Below are positions 26,316 through 39,982 of a stretch of 64,000 nucleotides of DNA, piece by piece. The stretch is from Felis catus (Eukaryota), in NCBI RefSeq assembly GCF_018350175.1, contig NC_058368.1, positions 199,146,001-199,210,000 of the forward strand, written 5' to 3'. Every line of letters begins with the position of its first letter. The first letter of the stretch is position 1. The notes below the pieces were generated by a model that saw only the letters and a list, made by a program, of their open reading frames with translations, had not been told where the DNA came from and made no database searches. Made by a program: the position numbers and the translations under genes.

Positions 26316-26696
26316 CTCACAATGGATGACCTAAATGATTTAGCACATAGCAAAAGCATCTATTTACTTCTATTTTATAAAACCAATAGTGAATACAAAA
26401 AGATCTCCATCAATGAACTGATTATTTTCTTGCAGTCTTTGAATTCATAAGAATATAAAATCTTCATCTGAACCCCTCACAGTCATGAACGTGAAATCCT
26501 GGGCAGAGTTTAGTATGTAACACAATTCATTTGGATTCAAACTTCGAGATATAAAGTTCTAATTAAAGAAGAACTTCAGTAATGAGATTTATCAACTGCA
26601 ATGTAATCTTGAATTTCTTGAACCGAAGATAAAACAAGGGAATTTCTAAGACAGCATTATAATGATGATGGCTGGTAATTTATAAACAATTTTTCA

Positions 26697-26872
26697 GGGG
26701 AGCCTAGGTGGCTCAGTTGAGTGTCCGACTTGAGCTCAGGTCATGACCTCAGGTTCATGGGTTCGAGACCTACATTGGACTCTGTGCTGATAGCTCAGAG
26801 CCTGGAGCCTGCTTCTGATTCTGTGTCTCTGCCCCTTCCTGTTTGCTGTCTCTCAAAAATAAATAAACATTC
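26697..26872 (+). mobile_element. CanSINE
   Basis: SINE consensus motifs. Confidence 0.9.
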
Positions 26873-26908
26873 AAATAATTTTTAACTATTTAATTCTATT
26901 TTATAAAA

Positions 26909-27047
26909 TTTTATTTATTTTTGACAGAGTGTGAGTGAGCAAGAGGCAGAGAGTGTGGAGCCTGGAGCAGGGCTTGAACTCACAAACTGTGAGATCATGA
27001 CCTGAGCTGAAGTCGGATGATTAACCAACTGAGCCACCCAGGAGACC
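26909..27047 (-). mobile_element. Internally deleted CanSINE
   Basis: Head and tail motifs present, central part shortened. Confidence 0.85.
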
Positions 27048-27249
27048 ATTACAAGCACTATTAACTTGAGAATGGCTATAAAGAACCAAGTGTAAAACTC
27101 AAATGTTGCTGTTGATTTCAAGCATTCTTTTTAATAGATGTTAAATACTGAAATTACCTAGAAGTATGATCACCTCAAATCTCCACTATATATAGGAAAT
27201 ATATTCACTTTGAGACTTAAAACATTTAAAATAGACACCACAAAATGTA

Positions 27250-27365
27250 TCTGTGATTAAAGGTCGAATTTATTAGGAGATTAAGAAATGTATTATACAT
27301 GGACTATAAATACTGCACAGCTGACTTTATTCACAGTCAAGCACAGAAATATAGTCAGTGCCAAC
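27250..27365 (-). terminator. NDUFS4: NDUFS4 3' UTR with two AATAAA polyadenylation signals
   Basis: tttatt on the + strand at 27326-27331 and 27269-27274, just downstream of the stop codon. The cleavage site is inferred. Confidence 0.85.
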
Positions 27366-27500
<135 letters not shown>

Positions 27501-28700
27501 TTAAAGAGGATACCTCAAGAGCACAGCAAGCAGAAGCTAACTTTCATAAATTTAATGTTTATTTATCAGGAGTGCAGTTCAGCAACCTGAAATAAACTTA
27601 GTAATGTGTTCCCTTATAATCCTGTGCGATAAGAGGGTCCAATATATTGTCTGAAGATGATTTACCATATCTCAAAAGTGTGACCCATGATTTGACTTCT
27701 CCTTGCTCAATATTCCTAATTCAATTATCAATGGTTACATATTCGCATAAAATTTTCCATTTCTCCAACATTTAAGTCATTTAACATGTGACTTAATAAC
27801 TGCAGTAGGGAGCATTAAGCAATATAACCTGTTTCACTGTTTTCTAAAAACGAGTGCCTTTACAACAGTTTGGATCTCACTGGAAGCAATACAGGAAACA
27901 TAGTTATATACTTAGTTATTTATACAAATGACATAGTTGCAGCAGACCATAAAAGATTACTTGGTTCAGCTCTCTGGACTTTGACAGGCTACTGATTAAA
28001 TACAAAAAAAATTTCAGCATTTGCTTCAAGTGCTATCTATTTAGAATCCCAGGGACATACTTGATAACAATGCACAATTTCTGCCCTCACCAAAGGCCCA
28101 TTGGATCAGAATCTCTGGTAGGGGGCTGGGACTGTTTACTTCCATGTTTTCTGCTGTAAGTCCAATTCTTCAGTTCTTCTAAGGTATGGAGAACAACTAT
28201 TCAACATGCTCCTTCTTGAAGATGTAATTAAGTCATCTTTCTATTCCCTAGTCTGAGAAACCTCTTTTACTTCATAAGATTCATTTTCCATACCTGTAAT
28301 TTATTCTGAGGGCTTTTTTCAAATAACTCCTCTTGAAACATGTGATCCATGGCTGAATCATGTAGCCATGTATAAAATGCCCAAACTGAATAATACAGGT
28401 CTAATTAAGTAAACTTCTTGATCTTGTGAGTCATGAGTTCTAGTGCCTCTTGGTGAGTACAGAATTTGCTGCCACAAAGCTTTCATTCAATAGCCCCTTA
28501 GAATGCAATTTTGCCACAAAAGTGAAGCCTATGAAAATCAAGTCATCAAAGTATATTACTACTATTGCCTATTTCAGTGTCCAAAAAGAGGAAATAATAA
28601 TTCTACTGCTAGAACTCCATCTTCCATGAAAGTCTACGTGCTATAAAGAAACTGAGAAGCAGGAAAGCAAATGTAACAAATGGTTTAAAAATACAAATGA

Positions 28701-28915
28701 GGGGCACCTGGGTGGCTCAGTCAGTTGAGCATCTATCTGACTCTTGATTTCAGCTCACATCATGATCCCAGGGTCGTGGGGCTGGTTGTTGTGCTGTGCG
28801 CTGAGCATGGAGCCTGCTTAAGATTTCTTTCCCTCCCTCCCTCCCTCCCTCCCTCCCTCTACCCCTACCCCCCCCCCTTGCCCCCTTCCCTGCTTTTGCT
28901 CTCTCTTTAAAAATA
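28701..28915 (+). mobile_element. CanSINE
   Basis: TSD-like atacaaatga. Confidence 0.88.
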
Positions 28916-29109
28916 CACATACAAATGAAACCTCAAAATCCAGGACACAAAATATTGATTCACTTGCTTAAACGTAACCTTACTTTCATAGGGTAAAGTT
29001 TTGAGTACTTTTTAATGTACTAAAACAGGAAAAAAAAATCAAAGCTAGGTCTTACTTTAAGAGGATCTGAACATTAACAAGTAGCTATTTGCATTTCAAA
29101 AAATGTACT

Positions 29110-30270
29110 AAGGGGCCTAAGAATAGTACCTACCTCATACATTGTCATGAGGTTTAAACAAACTTACTCCTGTGAAGTGCTCAGAAAACACCTGGCACTT
29201 AATCATTTACTGATTCTATGAAAAAGGTACTTTTCTAAAACTTTTATATGAATTAATATTATGTCCTTTATATAACTGAGGAAACTGAGGCACAGAGTGG
29301 TTAGGTAACCAGCACAAGCTCACTCAGGAAGGGACAGAATGAAGATTTGAACAAAGACAACCTGATTCTGGAGCCTGTGCCTTAACTAATACTGTGTCTC
29401 TTGTGTTTACAGCAAGCACATGATAAATGTTCAGCTATTCTTTCTCTCTCAGATTTACCTGCCAGTTTGTAGCTACACATTTTCTATATGAAGTATTAAT
29501 GTAAATAAAACTTTCATCACACTGGAACCTAATAATTTTGAATTAACTATAGAAAGGAATTTTGTAAGCAAATTAATACTGTAAACTGAGCATAACTTTA
29601 ACATTATAAACTTCTCAAGCACCTCCTACATTAGCTAGCAAATGATGCTGTGAACTATAAAAAATACTCAATTCAATAAAGCAGGTATAATGATATTTAC
29701 TCAGCATTTGCTATTCATTTAATGATTGCATACTCTGTGTCAGGGACTGTTTAGACACCAAAGGTAAAGCAGTGAATAAACTCCCAAACTTCTTTAAGTT
29801 AGTAGAAGAGAAATTAATAAATGCACAGTATATTAGGTGCTAATACAGTAATAACTAAGATAAAAATACATATTATATGCTAACAAGCACTAAAGAGAAA
29901 ACACTTTAGAGAGGGTGGACAGGGAAGACCTCCCTCCTTGAGAAGGTCACATGTGACTGAAGACCTGAAGGAGGTCAGAGAGTAAGACAGGTGGAGGTCT
30001 GGGAAAGAGCTTGCAGGCAAAAAGAACAAGTACAAAGGCCTAGAGGCAGGAGTGAGTGTCCCTGGTATTCAAAATCCTGTGCTAAGTGCTTTCAATGTAT
30101 TTTTATAGTTTTAAAACTGAGATCATAGGTTGATTAGGCATTATATACACACCCCGATTTTGTATTTAATCATGAGGAAAAATGAAACACAGGGAAGACA
30201 AATAAGCAGCATAAAGCCACACGGCTAAGTGGCAAAGCCAGAGTTTTTACTGAGGTTGACTTTAAAACTA
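29110..30270. mobile_element. Cluster of ancient MIR and L2 fragments
   Basis: gaggaaactgaggcacagag and gaagtgctcagaa MIR motifs, and the L2 motif cagggaagacctc...gaagacctgaagga. Confidence 0.6.
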
Positions 30271-31329
30271 TGCACCCAACCACCTCATAAACAAAACCTT
30301 TTCTTTAGAAGCATCTTATAATTGCAATTTTTATCTATTTCACACCCATTTCCTTTCAATCTTTGTGATTTTGTGATATTTTTCCCCCTTGATTTTTAGA
30401 AATGTGTTGAAAAGACTGTTTCAAGAATGCCTGGAAAGTCTATGTCCCTCATACATGTCCCTCCATAGCCACCCAAGTTGTGGAGAAAGGAAAAGGTTTC
30501 TAGAGAATTGTCTGATTATATGGACTGTTGGTAAGTCACCTACCCAAGGCCTCCATGATCTCTTCTTGCCAAGTGATGGGTGAGAGTCCCTATGCTCCCT
30601 ACTCTGTCCCCCTCCCCACTGCCTCTTCCCAACACACTCTCCAGTCCAATGAAGACATTATTATACATGGACAGATACCTGATAATTACTCTCTCATTTA
30701 CATGGTTAATCTTTTAACCTTCAGGGAGAAAAAAAATTTTTTTAATGCATCAGAATGCAGACATAGCTCTATTATCTGTTTCGTTCATGGAGTCTCAAAA
30801 TGCTGTTAGGGTCACTGCAATGTGAGAAGACTGGGATTTTGTACACATGAAAGAACAACTGGTTTGGGTTTTCTCCTGGTAACTAAGGAGTGACCTGGCT
30901 CTTAGAAACTGTGAGCCAGATTATAGTTGCTGTTGATGGTGATAACAACAATAAATAGAAGTATCATTATAGGGATTGGAATGTGGATGGGCAAAACACC
31001 CTGGGAAAACAAACAAAAACACACATGGAAGAAACCAGCATTTGCTAACAGCGTCCATCTCTCTGTTATTACTCTACCACAGCCACCTGTGATGTTAGGA
31101 TATACAGGGGAAAAAGTCTGTTCTCACATTTTTCTGGGGAAGTAATTTTGTTCTCAAAGATGCACAAGCAACTAAGCTTCTCTGATTAAGTAAAAGGAAA
31201 GGGTTGGAGGAAATCTAATGATAACTCACAAGAGACTGAAACTCAAGTAAGAGTCTACATAAATCTCCTTTTGGATTTTCTATCCATCATGGAGAAGATA
31301 TAGATCTGATGCTGTGATGAAAATTTGTT

Positions 31330-31557
31330 TTTTTTGTTGTTGTTAATTTTTTTTCAACGTTTATTTATTTTTGGGACAGAGAGAGACAGAGCATGAACGG
31401 GGGAGGGGCAGAGAGAGAGGGAGACACAGAATCGGAAACAGGCTCCAGGCTCCGAGCCATCAGCCCAGAGCCTGACGCGGGGCTCAAACTCACAGACCGC
31501 GAGATTGTGACCTGGCTGAAGTCGGACGCTTAACCAACTGCGCCACCCAGGCGCCCC
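31330..31557 (-). mobile_element. Young felid CanSINE
   Basis: Near-identical to 2901-3125, TSD aaatttgtt. Confidence 0.95.
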
Positions 31558-34016
31558 AAAATTTGTTCTTTTTTTCTATCAAGAGTCTGACCACATTTCC
31601 AAGCATCCTTCTCCCAAGTGTTTACCTTATAATGCCTGGATCAACAAATTTACTGGTTCCACTATACTTCATATGAGAATCTTTCCCAAGTTATTTATTA
31701 TAATATTGTGATAATATGAAGGCTACTGGAGCAAGCAGTAAGCCTTAGCTTAAAAGATAACCATTAAGAATAACACCACACTTGAAAGGGCATTAAACAT
31801 TTGTATTTAACAGGTAAGGTACATGAATTATGCTCCTTTTCTACCTCCTTTTTGAAAGTTCTTGAAAGAACAACAAAAAGAACATAATATAACTTGCAAG
31901 AAAAAGGACGTAAAAATTTAAGAATGGAATTTTATTTGTGAAATGTTTAAATTTCTGTAGGAATTTGCTTTTCAACACTCATTTTTTTTTAAAGAACTCA
32001 AACTTGAGTTTCTGAATGAGATCATGGAAGTGAAAACACCTGCACTATCTGAAGAATGCTTATTCAAAATGAAGATGTAGTCTATCTATGACAGTGGTCC
32101 CAATATGTTGTTCCATTAGGACACTGAAAACCACTCCTTACTCTTCCCAGCTGTGCAACAGAAGATGATCAAAGCAACTGAGTCCAAAGCAGCTGCCCCA
32201 GGGATGGGGTAAGCTCCTAGGGCTGCCGTCACTTCCCACTGAGGAGAGCAGCCATATGGCACGGATTAACCACAAATCCAACCACCAGCACCTAAATGAT
32301 GAGAAGCTGACTCCCTGTGCTGTTTCACACACTGGAATGCTTTCACAAAGATATTTTCATCTTTAAGCCCTAGTATCAGAGAAGTACCTCTGGCAAATAC
32401 TCTAGTAAACATAAAATGTGACCTGTAATATCTCATGCTTAATTTCTTTTTTGGAAATATGCCCACTTATTTTGTTGATCTCCAGGCAGTGGTTGGGATA
32501 CTCTACTTCCTATGATATGAATGTTTGGGGTAATCTTTCAAATGTACCTAAAAAAGCCCAAGGCCCCAAACTCAAAAACCAACCACATAAGGCCTCTGAA
32601 CAAAACCAGACCACAACAATTAACTTGTGAATTCTATGTATGAGACATAAAAATTCCATTCAGTTTTATTTACAGAACCATTTTATTTATGGTCCAGTAA
32701 TGCAAACTATTCATCAGTGCTTTTATTGCTTGTGAAATATGTTACCTCTAATAACTTTGGTTCAAGCCCTATAAAATGTCTTTCACCTGTAACAATCTAA
32801 TCTCAAACCCTGACATTAGTTCGGAAGTGAACAGTTTAATGATTTTTCCTACTGTCCATTTGTGTGCAAAGCAAGAAGCACAACATAATTTGGCACAAAC
32901 TGACATAACTGGCGGTCATTGCTAACAGAGGCATGGGATGAGAATAGCAAAGGCTTTGGGAAGCCAAAGAAGGTATGTTGATACTTGGAAGGTTTCAAAG
33001 TTCCTCACCAGGCTATGCACCCATATTATTATGCCTGAGTAAAGCAAAGCATAAACTTTTCAAATATAATCTAAAAGAGGAGGGGGTCGATAGCCTTTGA
33101 GGAATTTCACTTTAAAAGTCCCTCTACTTTGAAATTCCCTAGTACCTAATAAGTATTTGGGGGGCGGGGAGTTCAGATTAATTTGAAAGTATCTTAGATC
33201 TTCTTTTAGAAAATATCATGGAGGAGAAATAATGTTGGGATACACTAGCAAAGCAATTCTGTCCACAAAAATTATATGAACTTATTTAAACAAGCAAATA
33301 AGGTAAAAATGTGAGGCACCTGAAATATTTATTAGATTAGTAACACCCTACACCTGCCACAGCTGCAACACCTCAAAATAAAATCCCACCTTTGATGTGA
33401 TAGTCAATGACCCCCTTAAATTTTATCTTTTCAAATAATATAGTTGCTCTACAGTATTATTTTTATTTCCAAAGCAGTAATTGGAACCACATTATTCAGA
33501 ATTTGCCACAAAACAAACTGGTTTGTGTTCCAAAAGTACATGTGAAAATCAGTCATTAGAAATTGAGAACACATTTTTTCTAGAAAAAGAAACTATATAA
33601 CAGTGGTAAATGCCCAAAAATCAATGAGATGTTAATGTAATTGGTTTGGGTATGGTCTGTGCATAGGAATTTCCAAATCCCATATTACACTAGGCACCTC
33701 ACTAAGCCACCATGTATATATAACACGACTGCCAAGAGAAAAATTATTTCAGATCTCCAACAGGAAATCTAAGTATCTCTCCCCCACCCCCTCCAACATG
33801 TCTATCTTTGTCTCTCAGGTGCCTCAACAGGTCAGGAGTCAAGGTGAATACTTCCCAGGCTACAAGACAGCCAGTACCTATGACTGGGGACTGAGAAGAA
33901 AGAGTTATGTAGAAAACAACTGGGCTTCACCAGAAAATAATGTAGTATCTATACTATACCAGATCTCAGCCCTGATCATGGTCTTTGAGTTATTCTGAAA
34001 CCCTGTAAAATGTAGG

Positions 34017-34664
34017 TACAAACAGTCCTCATAATTTGTGGATTCTGTATTTGTGAATTTGCCTACTCACTAAAATTTACTTGTAACCCCCAAATCAATA
34101 TTCATGATGCTTTCATGGTCATTAGTGACATGCACAGACCTTTAAAATTAGATTCACCCAACATACATGTTTCCAGCTGAGGTCAAGTAAGGTAATGTTC
34201 TGTGCCTTCTTGTTTCCAACCTCATATTGTAAACAAGTGTCCTTTTCGTGTTCTATTTACAGCCACATTGTTTGTATTTTTTTCCTTGAGGATTTTGCTG
34301 TTTAAAATGGCCCCACAAGTATAGTGCTTCAGTGCTTTCTAGTGTTCCTAAGCACAAAAAGGTTCTGATATGCCAGTATGTGTATCGGGTAAGCTTCACT
34401 CAGGCATAAGTTACAAGTGCTGTTGGCTATGAGTTCAAATGTTCATGAATCAACAATATACATTAAATTAGGTGTATTTAAACATCTGAATGGAATCACA
34501 TTTTAAAAAGGTTACATATTGCTTGGCTAACAAAGTAGTGCGATCAGGGGCTTGCAGGAATTTAACTTTGTATTTTCCTAGGAGCAGTATTTCCGTATTT
34601 GCTAATTTAGTGTTTGTTGGGACTTTATAGATCATAACTATCATGAATAATGAGAACCAACTGT
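34017..34664 (+). mobile_element. MER82-like TcMar-Tigger non-autonomous DNA transposon
   Basis: cagtcctcataatttgtggattctgtatttgtgaatttgcctactcactaaaattt...gaataatgagaaccaactgta, consistent with the recalled MER82 consensus, with inverted termini. Confidence 0.85.
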
Positions 34665-34934
34665 AATAGATACATAAATTCTGTCTGGTGACTCCACCCT
34701 ACCCCCTCTGAAAAAAAAAAAAGTCTGTTTCCATTTGTAATTCATCTCAAATTTCCTTTATATAAATTTGTGCCATATTGATTTTTCCTTTGAATTGGTT
34801 ACAATATCTGCCTGGCTCCCTTATTTCATGACTAAAATAAATTTAAATAAATTTAAATAAATTTAAAAAATGTTCATTTATATCTATATTAGAGTCATGA
34901 TTTTATCTTTTTCAGGAAATTCTTCTAACAATTT

Positions 34935-34952
34935 TGGAGGTCCCATTGAGAC
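34935..34952 (+). promoter_or_regulatory. Primer-binding site complementary to tRNA-Gln
   Basis: TGGAGGTCCCATTGAGAC versus recalled TGGAGGTCCCACCGAGAT (15/18), 4 nt after a CA. Confidence 0.6.
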
Positions 34953-35165
34953 ACCTAATAATAGATCCACCAACCAAAACACCAGAAATTGTGTGCCTTA
35001 TTTTAAGCGCAGGTATGTCTTTTCTTGGTAAATACAAGAGAACTTTGCTGACTCTCCATTTTTCTAATTTTAACTTTGCTCTCTACTATGTTTGGAAATT
35101 GGTTTTATGGTCTAATTATTTGATGATTCCCTTAAGTGAATTAATGGCTTTAGAGATCTATTCTC

Positions 35166-35363
35166 ATTTTATTTATTTGTTTGTTTATGAGCTTGCAAGC
35201 ATGAGTGGGAGGGGCAGAGACAGAGGAGAAAGAAAATCCCAAGCAGGTTCCCTCCCCTCTGTCAGCACAAAGACCCATGTCAGCCAAGAATTGAAGAACC
35301 AGGAGATCCTGACCTGAGCCAAAATCAAGAGTAGAAAGTTTGAGTGAGCCACCTAGGTGCTCC
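35166..35363 (-). mobile_element. CanSINE
   Basis: TSD ctattctcatttta. Confidence 0.9.
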
Positions 35364-35747
35364 TCTATTCTCATTTTAAATAGGGGGAGAAAAGACAGAA
35401 AATCTGGTTTGTTGGTCTTTGAGGTTTATTTGACTCAAACAAATGAAGATTTTACACTCACTTAGAAGAGAACAGCTCTTTAGTATGGACTAGTGAATTT
35501 CATAATTCTGTTAACTGTTAAACCACGACTGAAATTTTAGAACTGAAGTTGTAAGCTCTCTGTGACTATTAGTCTGTCTACATGTCTATTAATTCAGAAG
35601 GGCCTTTACCTCTCATATGTGTGGGTAATGTTTTTCTACCTCTACATGATATTAATGAATTAGATTACAAAAATCTCTTTTAGAGGCTCTGTTCTGATTT
35701 GCTTATAAAGAAAAATAAGTGCTTGTATAAGTATTCCTAAAAATGTT

Positions 35748-35953
35748 GGGGCACCTGGGTGGCTCAGTCAGTTAAGCTTCCGACTTTGGCTCAGGTCATG
35801 ACCTCATGGTTTCTGAGTAGTTCCTGACTTCGAGCCCAGCATCAGGCTCTCTGCTGTCAGTTCAGAGTTCACTTCTGGATCCTCTACCTGTCCCCACCCC
35901 TCTGCCCCTCCCCTGCTTGCTCTCTCTCTCTCTCTCTCAAGAACAAAAATAAA
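35748..35953 (+). mobile_element. CanSINE
   Basis: SINE consensus motifs. Confidence 0.88.
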
Positions 35954-36039
35954 AGAATTCTTAAAATTCTTAGAAAACAAGGAAATTCAACTTCTAAATA
36001 GTCTTAATGTGCTAGATTTTAAAAATTCTTCCCCCCCCC

Positions 36040-36223
36040 CCAATTTATGTGAAAGAGACCACATGCAGCACGGAGAGAGGGAGAAAAAGAATCCCAAGCA
36101 GGCTCCATCCACAACATCAGCACAGAGCCCAACTGAGGGCTCAAACTCCTGAGCTGTGAGACTGTGACTTGAGCTGAAATCAAGAGTTGGGTGCTTAACT
36201 GACTGGGCCACCCAGGTGCCCCT
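36040..36223 (-). mobile_element. CanSINE
   Basis: SINE consensus motifs. Confidence 0.85.
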
Positions 36224-36280
36224 GAAGACCTAAGGAACGTTTGTTTAAGAATTCAAGTTTAGATTAACATAGGTGAATCT

Positions 36281-36386
36281 GGGGTGCCTGGCTGGCTTGG
36301 TTGGAAGAGCGTGTCAGCCTCGATCTCTGGGTTGTGAGTTTCAGCCCCATGTTGGGTGTAGAGAATAAAAAAAATTTTTTTAAAAA
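36281..36386 (+). mobile_element. Short old CanSINE
   Basis: tRNA-like head and A tail. Confidence 0.8.
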
Positions 36387-36916
36387 TATACTGATGAATC
36401 TTTGGCAAACAAGACAAATTTAATAATTTTGATTTAATAAAAGAAGCTATGTTTTCTTTAATAGTGTTAAATATAACACATAGATCTTTATTCTACCTCG
36501 ATATATTCTTTGTGAGCTTATATAAATTTACTGATCGAATAAGCTAGTATTACTTCTGCTTAATGTTTATAATCCTAAAACATAAATCTGTGTTTATCCA
36601 AAATGATTCATTATTCTGGTAATTTTAACAGTAATAGTTTTGTAGTAGGTCACATTGAAACTTAACTTCCAGGGGCACCTAGGTGGCTCGTTGTTATGTG
36701 AATTTCTACGTTTTGCTAGTTTACAAAAATATTGGTGTGTAACAGTTTTCAATGATCTCTCAGTTTTCTCTATGAAATCCAAGTAACTTTCATTAAAAGA
36801 TACAATTAATATACATGAATCAAATTCTACTAGGAGCGGTAGTGGCAGAGTTGCAACTTGGTATGCAAGGTAATGAGATGTGTTTCTGTTTACCAATGGA
36901 AAAAGAGAACAGTTAG

Positions 36917-37324
36917 TATAGAGGCTGCTTTTAGGCAACCAACTTGAACACTGGAAACCTGATCAAGGCAAATCGGCCCACAGCTACCACAGGGCTGAAT
37001 GCAAACAGGCTCCCTAAGTGACCCACATCTAAATAGCCACAGGCCCTAACTGACCAATTACAACCAGGCACAGTTCTGAAGATTACCAAAAAAGGGAAAA
37101 TTCTATATTCCTTCACTCTGTCCTGTAACTGTGGCCCCTCACCCCCCCCCCCCCCCCAGGAGACAGTCTCTCCTTCGCTGTCCTGCCTGCTGCTCCCTTG
37201 AAGTGTATTCAATAAACTTCTGTTCTGCCTTGGGTGAATTCTTACACCGCTTGCACCACTGGCCTCTGCCTGATTGGGTTGCCCCACATTTGATGACCTC
37301 CCCATCTGATCCGGTCCCCTCACA
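36917..37324 (+). mobile_element. Solo LTR nested in provirus A
   Basis: TSD gttag at 36912-36916 and 37325-37329, CCAAT, tcaataaac polyA signal, ends in CA. Confidence 0.8.
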
Positions 37325-37749
37325 GTTAGGTCCTAAAGTAAATAACTGTTCCAGAATGAGAAAGAAAATGGTGAAGGACATAACCTGAATGAATACAGAA
37401 AGTTATAGAAGATTTGTAAAAACAAACAAACAAACAAAACAAAACAAAAAAAACCCACTTTTATTTGCCTTACATGTCTAAAAAATAAGTCTGAAAAGCT
37501 ATGAAACGTTTACAATCTTCACAAAGTTTGCTAAGTTTTGGTAGGCTTATTTCATTAGTTCACTGTTCCCTGCCTCAACATGAAGGGTTAATTCTTTTTG
37601 TCTCATCTGCCTAGATTTCAAAGGTTCTGTGGTTTACCACAATAACCTTATATGTTTTACACATATGAACCCTATATGCTTTACGTCCTTGATGACTTCT
37701 GTGAGAGCTCAGGTTTTTTACAGCTACGTTACCTTTTATGTTTGAAAGT

Positions 37750-37774
37750 GTTTTTTTTTTAATGTTTATTTACT

Positions 37775-37808
<34 letters not shown>

Positions 37809-37981
37809 CGCGCGCGCATGAGTGGGGAGGAGCAGCGAAAGAGAGGGAAACACAGAATCTGAAGCAGGCTCCAGGCTCTGAGTTGTCAGCACAGAGCCCA
37901 ACCTGGGGCTCGAACCCACCAACCAGGAGATGGTGACCTGAGCTGAAGTCAGATGCCTAACCGACTGAGCCACCCAGGCGC
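37750..37981 (-). mobile_element. CanSINE
   Basis: TSD-like ttatgtttg. Confidence 0.92.
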
Positions 37982-38476
37982 ACTTATGTTTGTAAGTTTT
38001 ATCCTCACTATGAAGTGAGCAGCCAAGTATTGTTTGTCTGGCACCCATGATCCTATTCCTATTCTAAGTGTGCAAATCTACAGACATTTTGTTTTTTGCC
38101 TCCTCAAAATAAAAAAGCCTAAATGTAAACTAAAACATTCAGATTATCTTTGTACCTAAAACTATCTTTGAGATTCCCCAGAGGGCCTCTGGAAGATCAC
38201 AAAGATGTATCCTTTCAACCTTGTGAAAAGAGAGGAAATAACTAGGTTTATTTGACACGTTATTATTGATGAGTAGCATTACAAGAATTATCAAGTCAGA
38301 AGAGATGCTTAACCCTCCTGAGGTTAAATGTGTATGGGTAAAATATTATTAATATAAATATTTCACAAATTTATGCTATATGCTAAGTATAGGTTCTCAG
38401 CGCCCTCACTGTCCAAGCTGTGTTACTTATCAGACACAATTTCAGTTTTCTTTAAAAATAGCAACTTGTGGGGGCG

Positions 38477-38680
38477 GGGGGCACATGGTGGCTTAGTCGG
38501 CTAAGCATCCCACTTAGGCCCAGGTCATGACCTTGCAGTTCATGAGTTCGAGACCCACATCAGGGTCTGGTGCTGACAGCTCAGAGCCTGGAGCCTGCTT
38601 CCTATTCTGTGTCTCCCTCTATGCCCCTGCCCCACTGACACTCTGTCTCTCAAAAATAAACATTAAAGAAATAATAATAA
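38477..38680 (+). mobile_element. CanSINE
   Basis: SINE consensus motifs. Confidence 0.9.
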
Positions 38681-39982
38681 CAACTTTGTTGTATCTTCCT
38701 TAGAAGTTTGGAAATCCTATCTCCTAAGGTTAGTATATGTAAATCAGGAATCCTATCACTTATCAATGGTGTTTTATTAATACACAAATGCTTAGGACCT
38801 ACCCCAAACTTACTGAATCTCTTTACTTGATTTTCTTGATATACTTTTGGTATATTCTTACTATAATGTTTGGTGCATTCAGGAAATATATCTCAGGATT
38901 ATTATATTTCTCTGGAAGTATTATGTTCATCCATTTTTATAAATTAGATGCACATTCACTGTCTTCTTTGAAAAGAGTCTTTAATATTGTTTACAGATAT
39001 TTTGTCTACAACATTTTTGGTATGACTTTAAGTTGCATTACCCTTGTTACAAATATTTCACTTCTGAAATTTACCAGTAATGTTAACTACGGCCATCTTA
39101 AGTCTTTTATCATTTATGGATAGATTGTTTTGTTTTACTCTGATGCTTCCCTGAAAGCTCCTGAAATCAGTTACAGGCCTGAGTGCTTTGTCTTCAACAA
39201 AGAGAGACTGCCTCAGAGCTCTGTGAAGGACTGTTATTCCTGGCTTTAGGCTTCTGATGGCATAAATAATTATAAGACCAGACCAGTGGACTAAGTCAAC
39301 ATTTCCAGAACTCTAGTTGAGCACCAGATAAATTAATGATCCAGTGAAACAAAAATTAACTATATAGGACTGAATGCACTGATAGGGCCTAAAATGTTCT
39401 ATTTTTTGGACATTTAAGGAAGTCCTTTCCCTTTCTTCTGAGGTATCTACAATTTAGTAGACTCTGTTTTGTAAACTAAAATTTATATCATTCTTAAATG
39501 ACAGGAGTCTCCCTGAATGACCCCTACAGAATTTGGGAACTCTTATTAAATATTCTTATATTCATAGTAATACAGTTATTTGTACATGTTGAATATGTCC
39601 TTTTTATTGGAACATTAGTGTAAACAATGGTTATGCAATGAAGGTTTTACCTCGATCGACATATTTGACAATGATGCTCATTTAATCAGATATGACCAGA
39701 CACTTTAAAAGAACTAAAGTTGACTTTATGAGGCCAATGCTTACAAACTCCTTCCAGGAAAAGTGGCCTGGCACCAGGCTTACAAAGTTCCCCAAGGTAG
39801 TAAAGAACCTTATTCTGAGGACCCTAGGATATTTTGGGGACCTTGAGAAGGGAGAAAGAATTTGCCTAAATTAATAGGCATCACACAGAAGAAATCTGGT
39901 TGCTAGTTATTGGCTGTGAAAAGTCTAATCTGAGATTCCTTATGAAAAATTTCACAGCAAAGCAAACTTACAAAAGCTTACA

